A stretch of 58,887 bases of DNA, filler included, from Asterionella formosa (taxonomy: Eukaryota): the NCBI GenBank assembly GCA_002256025.1. It is 10 parts of 10 records of this genome, joined end to end, with 100 filler letters (N's around TTAATTAATTAA, not from the genome) between each part and the next. Parts side by side here need not be neighbours in the genome. Positions count along the whole stretch, not along the records: positions 11,830 to 17,641 come from NKIB01012917.1; positions 17,742 to 23,550 come from NKIB01012919.1; 8 more parts are not named here. One strand, 5' to 3'. How positions within the stretch are numbered: position 1 is the first letter of the stretch; every line of letters starts with the position of its first letter. The translations under genes and the position numbers were made by a program. Positions 11,834-23,328 of the stretch are shown piece by piece. The notes under the pieces are model-generated. The model was given only the letters and a program-made list of their open reading frames with translations, made no database searches and had not been told where the DNA came from.

Positions 11834-13741
11834 TTGAAATCTGAATTTCATCTTGCCAGAATGATTGATGGAGACGTGAACGACGACGAAGCATTGCACC
11901 ACGGAATCATCGTTCGCGAGGCCGACTTCAATAGAGAAGCCCTGAATCCCGCGTTCGGCGTGCAAGAGGTCGAAGAAGATCTCACTCAGTTGCAGCTTTA
12001 CATTGAGGAAGGACAATGGGAAGAAGCGTTGAACAGACTGATGAGTCACCCTCACGAGGTACATCACCCGAGAGCTCAACCTGGCTCCAAGGCAAGGGCC
12101 ATGACCGCGTTGCACCTTGCTCTAGAGACCGGCGAGTGTCCCCTTCCTGTCATACACGCGATACTGGCAAGGAAACCCCTAGCAGCAGCCATGAGAGACA
12201 ACCATGGAAATACTCCACTTCATATTGCGTGCGCCGGGCAGTTTTCTTATGATCACAGAGTGATTTGCTGCCTGCTAGCTGCCTACCCGCAAGCCGTACT
12301 CCTCTCGGAAGATACCGAAGGAGCAACACCGCTACATATGCTACTCACGCTAGGGGGAGATGTAAGTCTGACTTGCGTAACCCTGCTATTGGATGTAGCC
12401 TACTCAAGAATGGCCGGCCTACCACTTGCATATGTTCCTTTAGTGGATATGATTTGCAGTCCCTTGTCGATTTCAATGGAAATCGTTGCCAACTTCCCGC
12501 CGAGAATTGTACAGCTTATACGAGAGCTCGCGATAAGCGACCCCTATAACTTTCCCTCCTGTTTTCAACCGTTCTTATATCTACCTCAACCAGAAACATT
12601 GGAATGTATATCCGAACGGATGGAGAATCAAGGCGAACTTTTGATCATGACTGATTGCAAGGGACACACCCCGCTGCACACCTGTTGTTCAAGAGCACTT
12701 ATGCCCGACGTCGTCCGGGTGCTTCTAAATGAACATCGATACCCTGGTGCTCATCGGGCAAGCTTTGTCTTGGACAACAAGCAACGTTATGCGCTCTTCT
12801 ATGCTGCTTGTTATCAACTTCCATTCGAAGGTGCCAAGCTTGTGTTCGATGTCAATCCGGACGCTATTCGACACATTGAGGAATACCGGCTCCTCTACCC
12901 TCATGTTGCGTACATCTCACCAGTATACTCCCAAAAGGACCGAACATTGGAGTTAATTTCAACTCGACTTAACCCGTCCGATGATATTCGAAATTTCTTC
13001 AAAACTGAAACGATGTACAAACTCTATTGCACAATTGAATTCTATGTTCGACTAACCTATCATGGAACATACTTGGATCCTCCACCACGACATTCAAAAT
13101 GGCGTGCATTGCATGCGATTGCATCAGTTCAATCGCCGCCACAGGTCATTCGAGCCGCAATCGGACTGTATCCATGGTTGTTGCATGAACGGGATGAAGG
13201 AGAGAATCTTCCGCTGCATTTAGCCTGCAAAAATACATATGAAGAGGGGAACGATGAAATTCATTATTGGTGCCTGAAAGGAGTCAATCGGGAAAAGATT
13301 CATCACAGGATAGACCCAGAAGACTTGGAGAGAGAAAATCCAATTACCCTCTTTGCAGTCGCTGAACCCAGGGCAGCGAAGTGTTTCGACAATGACTATT
13401 GTTTGCCGCTTCATAATGCCATTTGTTCTCAGAAGGGTTTTAATGATGGAATTAAGTCGCTCATTTCTGCTGCTCCACAAACCCTGACCGTTCGAGATGG
13501 AAAACATCATCTATATCCATTTCTCCTTGCTGCGATGGACGAGGTCAATACTTTAGACACAGTTTTCGACCTTTTGCAGTCAAATCCAACTCTGGTACAA
13601 GACGGCATACAGGCTTTCACTCAGCACATGATTGACAAGGATTGTGTTTCAAATTACGATCACAAAGCATCATTGGCTGGCGAAAAAGAGTCGAACAAGC
13701 GATACAAATCAAGCGACGATGAAAATGAAAAGTCGAATTAA
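11834..13741 (+). CDS. ankyrin-repeat protein (start may lie beyond the contig edge; first ATG at 11861)
   Basis: 635-aa ORF with repeated GNTPLHIAC / GATPLHML / GHTPLHTCC / NLPLHLAC / LPLHNAI motifs and a C-terminal LYPFLLAA. Confidence 0.9.
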   Translation: MKSEFHLARMIDGDVNDDEALHHGIIVREADFNREALNPAFGVQEVEEDLTQLQLYIEEGQWEEALNRLMSHPHEVHHPRAQPGSKARAMTALHLALETGECPLPVIHAILARKPLAAAMRDNHGNTPLHIACAGQFSYDHRVICCLLAAYPQAVLLSEDTEGATPLHMLLTLGGDVSLTCVTLLLDVAYSRMAGLPLAYVPLVDMICSPLSISMEIVANFPPRIVQLIRELAISDPYNFPSCFQPFLYLPQPETLECISERMENQGELLIMTDCKGHTPLHTCCSRALMPDVVRVLLNEHRYPGAHRASFVLDNKQRYALFYAACYQLPFEGAKLVFDVNPDAIRHIEEYRLLYPHVAYISPVYSQKDRTLELISTRLNPSDDIRNFFKTETMYKLYCTIEFYVRLTYHGTYLDPPPRHSKWRALHAIASVQSPPQVIRAAIGLYPWLLHERDEGENLPLHLACKNTYEEGNDEIHYWCLKGVNREKIHHRIDPEDLERENPITLFAVAEPRAAKCFDNDYCLPLHNAICSQKGFNDGIKSLISAAPQTLTVRDGKHHLYPFLLAAMDEVNTLDTVFDLLQSNPTLVQDGIQAFTQHMIDKDCVSNYDHKASLAGEKESNKRYKSSDDENEKSN

Positions 13742-14334
13742 AATAGATTTTGTTCTGATTTTCTTACTACTAAATATTGAGCATTTTTTACAGTTGCTAC
13801 TAGCATTTCCATTCTCCTTCATTATTTGGCAATAGAAGCTCCTGATGGGTTCAATGGGTTGTCTCGCACTCAAAGATTGGCCAGCGATCCTTTTTAAGCG
13901 CCTGTCCTGCGTCACGTGGTCATTTCACCAAAGTGACCGGAACGGTTGGCTGATGGTGCCGGCCCAACGTTGTCCAACCATCAGCCCTACCGGTACCCCT
14001 GGTGCAACAATGATATCAGAATACCAGTATATCTCTACCCCCAGGCACCGGTACCAGTTATCCTCATAGATACAAACGTAAACGACGAGAATCGCAAATA
14101 CCGGTGTACGACTCTGGTGTTTTTGCTCATGTACTCCGGAGTACGGCCGGAGTACCAGGGGAGTACTTGGTAGCAGTACCAGCTTACCAGTAACACTCTG
14201 AAAGTAGCATCCTGTTACTGCTGCTTTTTGTATGTACATAATGTACAAAATCATGATGATCGCAACGAAATAATTTTATTTTTGTAGAGTACGGTACAGT
14301 ATTTATCATTTATGATTGTGGACTTCGATTGACC

Positions 14335-15462
14335 ATGGGATTGTCATCGACGAAGAAAAAAGCGAAGAATGCGATTCTCGGCATTTTGAAGAGCGAAAAA
14401 TCTTCCAAGAAAGAAATAATCAAAAAAGTGCTCGATCAATTTCCGACGCTTGAAAAGAAGGAGGTGAAGAAAGCGCTGCGAAAACTCCAAGAAAACAATC
14501 AAATCTGCGCTGAAGACAACAGTTACATCATCAACCAGAATGAATCGTCACGGAAAGCGATTCAAACCTCTTCCTCATTTCCTCCTCGTGAAGGAAAATA
14601 TCCTTATGGCGTGGCGTCGAGTGAGTCTGGCAGTGACATTGAAATTGAGCAGCCTCTTGACACCAGAGCCATTCCATTTGCAGAAATGCTCCGACAAAAG
14701 GCAGCAGCGTCTGTGTCTGCGGAAGACGTCAGCACCAATGATGGTTATAAAAGAGATAGAGTTTTCGACATTGATGATGAAATTCGTTGTTTGGAGGCGG
14801 CATTAGCTGGAGGCAGTGATTCTGACGACGATGTTTCGGAAGGAAGCACAGATGACGAACAGGAGGGACTCTCAAGGACCCGAAACGTATCATTTGGTGC
14901 AACATCAGTCAAGGCGTTCGAAACCACATATTCAAAGCAAGAACATAATGCGCCAGGTGCAATCATTTGTTTATCAGAGGTCGCGGATGAACGCATTGCT
15001 CCCCTACCAGAGAGTTATTTGCCACAAACAAGGAAGAGGACCTTAAAAGGAATCGACAGAGATCATCTTGAACAACCCAGAAAGAAGGCAAAAGATTTGG
15101 TCAGTGACGGTCTTAAAGACGCCGTGAGAGAGGTCCTAGAAAGCTACGTTGCTAGATCATCAGAACGACTACCGTTTTACTGTCGACTTTGTGCCAAACA
15201 ATACGAGAATGAAGAGGAGTTCTTTGCACACAAAACTTCCCATTTTCACAAGGCTGCGGTCGACATGGAGCAAAAGGTGTCATTTTGCAAGCTCTGCCGA
15301 AAGCAATTTACAAGTCCTGTTCAGCTCAAGGAACATCTTTCGTCGCGTCCACACAAACTGCAGCTTGATCGAGCCCGCCAAGGACAGCGAGGAGGACGAG
15401 GGGGGCGTGGCGGCGGACGCGGAGGAGGCCTTCGTGGACAATCACAACGGCAGTGGTGTTAG
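14335..15462 (+). CDS. C2H2 zinc-finger protein with Lys-rich N-terminus and RGG tail
   Basis: FYCRLCAKQY..H..SHFH and FCKLCRKQF..HLSSRPH fingers, with GGRGGRGGGRGGG at the C-terminus. Confidence 0.85.
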   Translation: MGLSSTKKKAKNAILGILKSEKSSKKEIIKKVLDQFPTLEKKEVKKALRKLQENNQICAEDNSYIINQNESSRKAIQTSSSFPPREGKYPYGVASSESGSDIEIEQPLDTRAIPFAEMLRQKAAASVSAEDVSTNDGYKRDRVFDIDDEIRCLEAALAGGSDSDDDVSEGSTDDEQEGLSRTRNVSFGATSVKAFETTYSKQEHNAPGAIICLSEVADERIAPLPESYLPQTRKRTLKGIDRDHLEQPRKKAKDLVSDGLKDAVREVLESYVARSSERLPFYCRLCAKQYENEEEFFAHKTSHFHKAAVDMEQKVSFCKLCRKQFTSPVQLKEHLSSRPHKLQLDRARQGQRGGRGGRGGGRGGGLRGQSQRQWC

Positions 15463-15499
15463 AGAGGAAGTTTAGATTATTGCCCGTTGAAGGGTATAT

Positions 15500-17488
15500 T
15501 TAATTGCTTTCTTTCGTCAGGGCCTTCGTCATTACAAATTTAGTTGTTCCCGTCTTGTAGTTGATCGGCAGCATATCTTTCCAATAATCTTGTCCGAAAA
15601 GGATTGCATCTCCGTCGCGCATCTGAAACATCACAGACCCACGGATTCGAACAGGTCGTTTAGAAAATCGAGCTTCTAGTCGGGCTCCACGGTCGATAAA
15701 CCCTCGGTATTGAAGAATGGTGCCATCGTCACTCAATACTTGAAATGTGCAAGTGTCCAAATGTGTCGGTCCAGGGTCCAAGCGCCATCGAAGGCCTTGC
15801 ATTGGAGGAGCAACTTCAACTTGTCCGTGGGAATTGAATATAACTGTTGACATGCCAATTGTTTCGCCTCCAATTTCGTCCTGCACTTCCCAGGATCCCT
15901 CCATGTCTTCAGGATAAGAATTAATATCAGGAGTTCTTTTGCGGAAAGTTGTCTCCCACACAGCAAAACGCCCGAGCTCCTCTTGAGCTGTCCGAGGTAG
16001 TGGCATGCCCTTGACATTCTGTACAGGCTTAACATAGCCACTCCCAAGCTCCACCAATGACCCTGTGAGCCTTTGATATGCATTGGCATAGCTTTTGATA
16101 AGTGGAAATGGAGGCAAAAGATCCTCCATACCACCATCTTCGTAGCATCCTTTAAGTAGCGAAACTAGGCAATTCAGATATTGAACACCAGGTCTCATTT
16201 CATCTTCTGGCTTCGTTAATTCAATAGTCCCTTTGTCACCAGAGGGGTACCAACGTTGAATAAATGCCGCTTTATCGGCATCTAACGTTTCCGAAAGTAC
16301 AAGAAGCTCTTGATCGCCACCGAAGAGCAACGCTCGCTGAACAATGTTCGACAAAGCGTTGAGCTGTCTGGTCATACTTGGTTCTTCTGCGCTTAAGAGA
16401 ACTCCACCCAAGTCTTCTCGGCTCAATTCTACTTCGTCTTCTTCGTCAATAACGTCAACTTCTTGTCCCATTCTCCAAAATTTCAGGCGGATTAGATTGT
16501 CGGGTTTCGCCGTGGTGGCCCTGTCCCTATTACCTTGCTTAATAGGTTCCACAGCCGAAAGTCTTTCTGTTGATACCTTTTGTACGAACATATCATCACC
16601 AACCTTTCCACTCTTCGAGTTGAGCTTATCCAACATTGATAAGCAAATGTCCTGGTCGACAAGCTTGTTGGCAATCCTTCGTCGTCCATCGTCAAGATTC
16701 TCAAAGACAGTTCCAACACTTTTGAGAACTGCCAGCACTCGACAATACGATTCATCATACACCCCTTCATCCATAACTTCCTTGATACGCGGTGACTCAA
16801 AGCCACTTGTGGCCAAACTCAGAATACATTCCAAATACACTTCCGCCAGAGAATATCCAGGAATAGCTCCATATGACTCTCTAAACGCGATAATCTGATC
16901 ATTGACATATTCTTCGTCCGTTCGACTTCGAGGAATCGGTACTTCCACTTTGTCACCCACAGGATCTTCGGTTCTCCGTCTCATTAAAATGTTAAGTATT
17001 GGTCGGGGCACGGGGCATTTGGAGGTCGAGGCGACGATGGAGTCGACAGACTGTTTATTATCCTGTGCCAAGACTTGACGAAGCGAGGCGTTCAGTGCTT
17101 CTGCCGAAGGCCATGACCTGGCCAACAAAATGCGTCGTACCGCTCGATTGGACGCATTGTTCAATGCGCGAGTCAGAGACAAGACGCGAATTTCAGGATT
17201 CGCAGACTGTGTTTGTAGATATGATCGCGAGAGGGATACATCGGCGGGGGCAATGCAAAAGTCAATCTCGTTGACCTTTCCTCGATTGGGAACAGATTCG
17301 GCTCCAGTTATAGCAGGAGCTGTTTCTGATGTGGGTTGTTCAATGTCAGCGCCACTGGATCCCAGATGCGTGGCATGTCCAGCGTGATGATGAAAGCAGT
17401 GACGGGTAATAGAAGGAGGAAGGGGACTAAATGCTGCTGATCCCATGCACGTTGTGGTCAACAACAAGAACGCACATGACAACTTCAT
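15500..17488 (-). CDS. uncharacterised protein with bipartite plastid-targeting presequence
   Basis: 662-aa intact ORF. Hydrophobic signal MKLSCAFLLLTTTCMG, then SAA-FSP (ASAFAP-type motif) and a Ser/His-rich transit region. Confidence 0.8.
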   Translation of the reverse strand: MKLSCAFLLLTTTCMGSAAFSPLPPSITRHCFHHHAGHATHLGSSGADIEQPTSETAPAITGAESVPNRGKVNEIDFCIAPADVSLSRSYLQTQSANPEIRVLSLTRALNNASNRAVRRILLARSWPSAEALNASLRQVLAQDNKQSVDSIVASTSKCPVPRPILNILMRRRTEDPVGDKVEVPIPRSRTDEEYVNDQIIAFRESYGAIPGYSLAEVYLECILSLATSGFESPRIKEVMDEGVYDESYCRVLAVLKSVGTVFENLDDGRRRIANKLVDQDICLSMLDKLNSKSGKVGDDMFVQKVSTERLSAVEPIKQGNRDRATTAKPDNLIRLKFWRMGQEVDVIDEEDEVELSREDLGGVLLSAEEPSMTRQLNALSNIVQRALLFGGDQELLVLSETLDADKAAFIQRWYPSGDKGTIELTKPEDEMRPGVQYLNCLVSLLKGCYEDGGMEDLLPPFPLIKSYANAYQRLTGSLVELGSGYVKPVQNVKGMPLPRTAQEELGRFAVWETTFRKRTPDINSYPEDMEGSWEVQDEIGGETIGMSTVIFNSHGQVEVAPPMQGLRWRLDPGPTHLDTCTFQVLSDDGTILQYRGFIDRGARLEARFSKRPVRIRGSVMFQMRDGDAILFGQDYWKDMLPINYKTGTTKFVMTKALTKESN

Positions 17489-17741
17489 AGTTTATGCAGG
17501 AGAGGGTTTCTTGCTTGGGCAGTAGGCATGCGAGGAGAAGCAAAAGCAAAAGGAACTGTCTCTTTTCGCAACATGCCGATTGTCCGTTCATTCAATGCCA
17601 TGTGGAATCATAAACCATTCAAGCAATTGATGATGGCTGATNNNNNNNNNNNNNNNNNNNNNNNNNNNNNNNNNNNNNNNNNNNNTTAATTAATTAANNN
17701 NNNNNNNNNNNNNNNNNNNNNNNNNNNNNNNNNNNNNNNNN

Positions 17742-18724
17742 AATTGTTGGAAAGCAAAACGATATTAAATGGTTCAAAAAGGAAATCAAGAAACACTTCA
17801 CAATCAAGGAGCTTGGCCGGTTGAAGAAAGATTTGGGAGTGCGGTACAATTGGGGCCAAGATAAAGTAGGACTCTACTTGGAGTCGAGCATGGAGGATTT
17901 TGTGCAGGTTATGCTCCAAGATTATCACGATATTTTTGGAAAGTATCCAAGAGATGCATCAACCCCAGCATTGCCAGGAATTGTTCTCAAAAAGAATCCA
18001 GACAAAGTTACTCTCCATAAAAGATATTTTTCTATGGTCGGAAAATTGTTGTATTTTGTGAAGAAATTTGGACCAGTATGCGCAATTGCATGTTGGGAAC
18101 TTTCTCAACATTTAGAGAATCCAGGAGAGGCCTATTGGAATGCTGTTGAACGTTTGTTAGGTTTCATTAGAACTGATGAAAGGAACAGAAAATTATAAAT
18201 AAGACCACCACATGAATTACAAAATTCAAGACATGGTTAACAGCTTGTTTGGAGACAATCATCCAGATTCCAGGAAATCGACAAGTGCATCATACTTGGG
18301 TGCAATTGGTGGTGCATCGCTAGTGAATTGGATTTCGAAAGGACAAAAGATTGTTACTGTTTCCAGCACTGAAGCAGATTATGTGGCTTTATGAGATGGA
18401 TCAAAGGAAACTACTTTTATAATGAATCTACTTGATGAAGTTGAATACGTGGAAATGCCCAGAATCATTGCAGAAGACAATACAGGTGCAATCTTTTTAT
18501 CAAAGAATCAACAGGTTGGTTCACGAACTAAGCACAATGATGTGAGATATCATTTCATTCAAGAAGAGGTGAAGGCTGGGGATATTAGAGTTGATTATGT
18601 GAATACTTTGAATATTCCTGCAGACCTGCTCTCAAAGAATGTCGCTCAGAAAATTCATGACACTCATGCAACTCACATTATGAATGGGACTATGGATTGT
18701 TGGTTTCGAGATCAGGGAGAGTGA
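17742..18724 (+). pseudogene. copia RT C-terminus and RNase H, decayed, cut by the contig edge
   Basis: FTIKELGRLKKDLGV, MVGKLLYF, VTVSSTEADYVAL, EDNTGAIFLSKN..GSRTKHNDVRYHFI, NIPADLLSKN, with in-frame stops. Confidence 0.93.
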
Positions 18725-19078
18725 TAAAGTATATGGAATTCAATGAGTCGAGGATCAATATTTTTAGTGATTAGAAACCAAGGCACACAACACTTATTGA
18801 CAAATGAATTGAAATGCTTACTTATTGAAAAGTGAATTAGATGCTCACTAATTGTCAAACGCATATGCTTACTTATTGTCAAAGCAAGGAAGATCATATT
18901 GACGAGATTAAGGAAACAATGAGATGTCTTGTTAAGGATTACATGAGTAATCAGGCAAGAATAAGACTAGATAGACTATGAACAGACAAACCGTAAAGTG
19001 AAAGTACGTTTCCAGCTTTAGTGATCTTACAAGTAAGATCTGTGAGATTCTCAATGAATTAAGCTAGACAATTTAACA
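18722..19078 (+). repeat. probable 3' LTR of the copia fragment
   Basis: Follows the purine tract cagggagag. The ends TGATAAA...TTTAACA form an imperfect inverted repeat. The partner LTR is not in the contig. Confidence 0.6.
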
Positions 19079-19497
19079 GCTAGAACCAACACCACACCAC
19101 CTACCAGTAGATGAGTGAGGCAAACTACAAACCAGTACCTGGTACCAAGTACCTTGGGGAAGGGATAGCTATCGCCCTTCTGAACTAAACTAAAAGACCA
19201 GTATTTAGGCGCGCACGCTTTTGTATGACCCGCAATGCGTGCTGCACAAAATCCGAACTATCTCAACGACACATACGTTGAAATACGGGAACCTGGTGCT
19301 TGTATGTACTTCGACAACGAAGAACTCCATAAAAGCCTCCTAACATTCCAGTACATATACCGGTACCGGGTAACAATGCTTTCCGATATGTGATACTTAC
19401 CGGTACACGGACTTTTTTAATATCAAAAATCGATATAACTCCACCCATGTAACAATTGCGATCACAGAGGTACAAACTTCACTTTTTCACAGAAACC

Positions 19498-21420
19498 ATG
19501 ACGAACAACCACACCCCGTTGATCGATCCAGACCTTCTTGCCACCATTCCTGAAGGTGAACGCGAGCAAGCCTTAGCTGCTGCTGCCGCTGCTAGACGAG
19601 CCGAACTTCGGGCCGAAGAAAGAGCCGTGCAAGCTCAGTGCGACCGGGAACGCAAGCAAGCGACATTGGCCAAGGGGGTTGTCTTTGTCAGCAAAGATCA
19701 GAGAGGAAAGGCTGTTGCAGCTGACCTCATCTCTGTCACAGATGCTGTCACGGACAGAAATCCTACCCAGGCACCGACAATCTCATCTGTCTTGACCGAC
19801 GGGCAGCGATCTGCCATTAAACGATCGTACCTTGGCAAAGCAGCTGTGGAATCCGAATCATGGCGGCTGGAGCAGCGAAACAAGCGACGTGCAGCCAAGA
19901 AAATTACCTTCAAATTCAAATGGGACAACGCCGACGACACTAATGAAAACAACGACGATGACATGCTGTACCAAGCCATGGTGGCTAAGAAACAAAAGCG
20001 ATCCAAGCTAGACGCAATGCCCAATCTCACTTTGTCCTTGGATACTGTCATGAAGAAGCCTCTCGCACAAATGACAACACGAGATTGGAGGATTGTCAGA
20101 GAAAATTTTGACATTGTCGTCAAGGGTGGCATGACGCCATCGCCCCTGCGCTCATTTCAGGAGGCAGCCTTGCACCGAAGCATCCTTGATGCCGTCGAAC
20201 GCACGATGAAGTACACTGAGCCATCACCGATTCAGAGACAAGCAATCCCGATTGGACTGCAGCGACGGGATTTAATTGGTCTTGCCGAAACAGGAAGTGG
20301 AAAAACCGCAGCCTTTGGGATTCCACTCTGTCACTACGTCTTGTCCTTGCCTACTGACATTCTACAAAACGTGGCTGAACAGGGTCCGCTCGCTCTTATT
20401 ATGGCACCCACACGAGAATTGGCAATCCAAATCGACGTGGAATTCCAAAAACTGCTTTCCTTTGCATCTCACATCACCTGTATTGCCATTGTCGGTGGAC
20501 AGCCCCTACCACAACAAGCTCAAAAATTGAGACAAGGCGTCCATATCGTTGTAGGAACACCGGGACGGCTGAACGATTGCCTCGACATGGCATACATGGT
20601 ACTAAATCAATGCTGTTATGTTGTATTGGATGAAGCCGATCGAATGGTGGATATGGGATTTGCTCCACAAATCACGTCCATACTCGATGCCATGGGCGGA
20701 GCATTGAAATCAGACGTCGAACAGGAAGCTTACGAACAGGAATTGAGTGATTTAAAGACGAGTGGTTTACCAAAATATCGATTAACGGCCATGTTTAGTG
20801 CGACAATGCCAACAGAAGTTGAGCGTATGGCCAAGACCTATCTCCGACATCCTGCTGTGTTGTCTATTGGTGACCAACACTCTCGGAAGAATGCTCGCAT
20901 CAAACAACGCATTGTATTTTTACCATCTCCTAAACAAAAAGAGCGCGCTCTTCGAGACATTTTGGGACGGCCTAGTGCTCCTCATGACAAGATTATTGTT
21001 TTTGTTAATGAGAAGAAACATGCAGACGGCGTGGGCCGCATGGTGGAACGCATGGGACGGACATGTGTGGTGCTGCATGGTGGCAAGTCTCAAGAACAGC
21101 GAGAGGAACACTTATCTCTCTTTCGACAGGGCGGAGGTGTGGTGATGGTCGCCACCGACGTGGCCGGTCGTGGGTTGGATATTCCCAATGTATCCCATGT
21201 CATCAACTTTGATTTGCCAACGAGATCGATTGACAATTATAGTCATCGGATCGGTCGTACGGGTCGTGCGGGGAAAGAAGGGTTGGCAACGTCTTTTATT
21301 ACAGATGAAGATGAAGGTATTATGGCAGCGTTGAAACAGTACTTAGAGAGCACTGGAAATGAAGTGCCGGATCGACTTGCACGCCATCCTGCGGCAGCTG
21401 AGTCATCGAATATCACATAG
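19498..21420 (+). CDS. PRP28: DEAD-box RNA helicase, U5 snRNP Prp28/DDX23
   Basis: KFKWDNADDT, QMTTRDWRIVRENFDI, PSPIQRQAIPIGLQRRDLIGLAETGSGKT, DEAD, SAT, HRIGRTGRAG, and C-terminal LARHPAA. Confidence 0.93.
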   Translation: MTNNHTPLIDPDLLATIPEGEREQALAAAAAARRAELRAEERAVQAQCDRERKQATLAKGVVFVSKDQRGKAVAADLISVTDAVTDRNPTQAPTISSVLTDGQRSAIKRSYLGKAAVESESWRLEQRNKRRAAKKITFKFKWDNADDTNENNDDDMLYQAMVAKKQKRSKLDAMPNLTLSLDTVMKKPLAQMTTRDWRIVRENFDIVVKGGMTPSPLRSFQEAALHRSILDAVERTMKYTEPSPIQRQAIPIGLQRRDLIGLAETGSGKTAAFGIPLCHYVLSLPTDILQNVAEQGPLALIMAPTRELAIQIDVEFQKLLSFASHITCIAIVGGQPLPQQAQKLRQGVHIVVGTPGRLNDCLDMAYMVLNQCCYVVLDEADRMVDMGFAPQITSILDAMGGALKSDVEQEAYEQELSDLKTSGLPKYRLTAMFSATMPTEVERMAKTYLRHPAVLSIGDQHSRKNARIKQRIVFLPSPKQKERALRDILGRPSAPHDKIIVFVNEKKHADGVGRMVERMGRTCVVLHGGKSQEQREEHLSLFRQGGGVVMVATDVAGRGLDIPNVSHVINFDLPTRSIDNYSHRIGRTGRAGKEGLATSFITDEDEGIMAALKQYLESTGNEVPDRLARHPAAAESSNIT

Positions 21421-21506
21421 TCACGTTTAGCTGAGATTCAAAAATAGGAACTGCCTTGCTGCTACAAAAGTCAATTATAGAGAGTTGGAAATCATGCTTA
21501 CGTTCA

Positions 21507-22283
21507 CTAATTGTCACGGCATTTGTTCAAGATGTAATCCACGGCTTGACCTATGTGCTCCGCCAAAAAGGTTGGTTGGCATTTTTCCTCGTCTCCCTCT
21601 TGGTACTTTCCAGTCTTAACGAGAATGGTGTGACCGATCCCGGCCTCTTTGGATCCCATAATATCCTGTTTCCAATCATCTCCCACCATAACCGTGGTCT
21701 GCCATGATGCGACATTGGCGGTGGCGAAGAACTCACGATTTGGCTTTCCCATGACAATAGCTTGTCGTTTGGTGGCATGCTCGAGGCACGCCACGAATCC
21801 CCCTGGTCCTAGGGACAAGTCTCCGTCCGAGTCTCGAATATACGGGGCTCGATGAATAGCAATGAGCGGCGCTTCTGGTTGGTGAAGTAACAATCGAAAG
21901 GCTTGATTGATGAGCTCATAGTGAAAATGAGTCGGAGCGAACCCAACGACAACGGCATTGTGAGGAGCGTCTAGAGGTACTTGTGGGGAAAAATCGGACG
22001 TATCCTCCATCAAACATAATGGACGTAGCTTGTGCTGTATCAGGTATTCTTTGGTGGCCAAGACAGATGTTAACAAAGGAGTATTAATAGTAAAGCCCAG
22101 CGCTTGCAGTTGCTCGAGCAGTTTTATACTTGATTTAGTCGAAGTGTTAGTCAGAAATGTCACGCCAATGCTGGACTGCTGCAGTCTATTAATAGCATCG
22201 ACTGCGCCATCAATGACAGAGTCGCCGATGTGAAGAGTTCCTGACAGGTCAATGAGGGCATCAAGAATTATGGGTGGGTCCAT
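21507..22283 (-). CDS. HDHD2: HAD-IIA hydrolase, HDHD2/LHPP family
   Basis: LIDLSGTLHIGD, FLTNTS, LIAIHRAPY..DGDLSLGPGGFV, GKP, MVGDD..QDI, ILVKTGKY. Confidence 0.88.
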   Translation of the reverse strand: MDPPIILDALIDLSGTLHIGDSVIDGAVDAINRLQQSSIGVTFLTNTSTKSSIKLLEQLQALGFTINTPLLTSVLATKEYLIQHKLRPLCLMEDTSDFSPQVPLDAPHNAVVVGFAPTHFHYELINQAFRLLLHQPEAPLIAIHRAPYIRDSDGDLSLGPGGFVACLEHATKRQAIVMGKPNREFFATANVASWQTTVMVGDDWKQDIMGSKEAGIGHTILVKTGKYQEGDEEKCQPTFLAEHIGQAVDYILNKCRDN

Positions 22284-23328
22284 CGCTGCTATTTTAAAAT
22301 TTTCTATCCGTGGGACAGGAGCGATGAATAAAAAGGTGCGGGGGGAAATTATGTATGTTGCTGGTTTGTATACCGCAGGTACATATGATGTAAGGGTAAT
22401 CCGTGACAGGAACGTGCGTACCGGCAGTCCATGGCTATCCATAATTAGCATCATAGCAGACTTTGGTACCAGGTACCGGTAGCTATTAGCTATCATTATG
22501 ACATCATTATTCACCTCCAGGGAAGGTCCGGTAAAACAAGGTTTTTATTTAGAATATTAGTAAGCTAAATATCTCGATTACGGACCTTCCACAGAGTACC
22601 AGTACCAGGTACCAACCAGTACTGAAGATGGGATTGGGTCGTACATGGCTAATACTACCAGTTCGTACCTAGGAGAAGCAGCCGTTGGGACAGCTCATGC
22701 ATTGCATCAAACATGCGTCACTGCTGAAAGGCGTAACCAGCCCTAATACGGTACCGGTAAGATTTTTTACAGATCTGAGATGATATGGACCTGAAAATGA
22801 ACCAGAGTGAAAATTTGGAAAGGTGCATGGTCTATTTAATGAATTATTCACAGGAATGTCATCATTAGCATGATTGGAGTTGCCAAAAAGTTAAAATAAT
22901 ATTCTATGTATGCTATGAAGTAAAAGAATGATTGAATGATCAGCCAAGAAAGATCATTATCATTACTTGGTTATCTATATGAAAGTTTAGGGAATGGTTG
23001 CTTTGGTGGTTTAACATGTTGCCTTTGATATGAGGTGTGATGTTTGATTGTTTGGCTTTCTTTTTTATTGTGAGCTTATCAAACTAGAAATCGATTTACA
23101 ATCCAAATAATTCCACTTAATTCAGACCAGTTTGATCTTTGATCTTTTGCTCAAACTTTCATTTAGATAAAGGATATTATGTTTTACAGCCCATTCATAC
23201 TCTCCTATTTCTAGGCAATTCTTTTATTGTGCTACCTGCCAACAAGACCTGTGGTTCCCTTGTTTTTTTTGCATAGGTGAGTCCCCAACAACCTTTCATG
23301 AAAGGTAATTGTCTTAACTGCACCAGTG

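Noticed and set aside
16344..16898. Long antisense or overlapping ORFs (also 19698-20132, 43361-43729, 49308-49760 etc.)
   Set aside because: These are shadows of real CDSs on the opposite strand and have no motifs.
18722..19078. Test of self-priming in the contig-4 copia
   Set aside because: Only the 3' LTR is present and the PBS lies outside the contig, so it cannot be evaluated.
21507..22514. 335-aa extended HAD ORF
   Set aside because: The first 77 codons cross GTAC-rich intergenic sequence. The family alignment favours a start at 22283.
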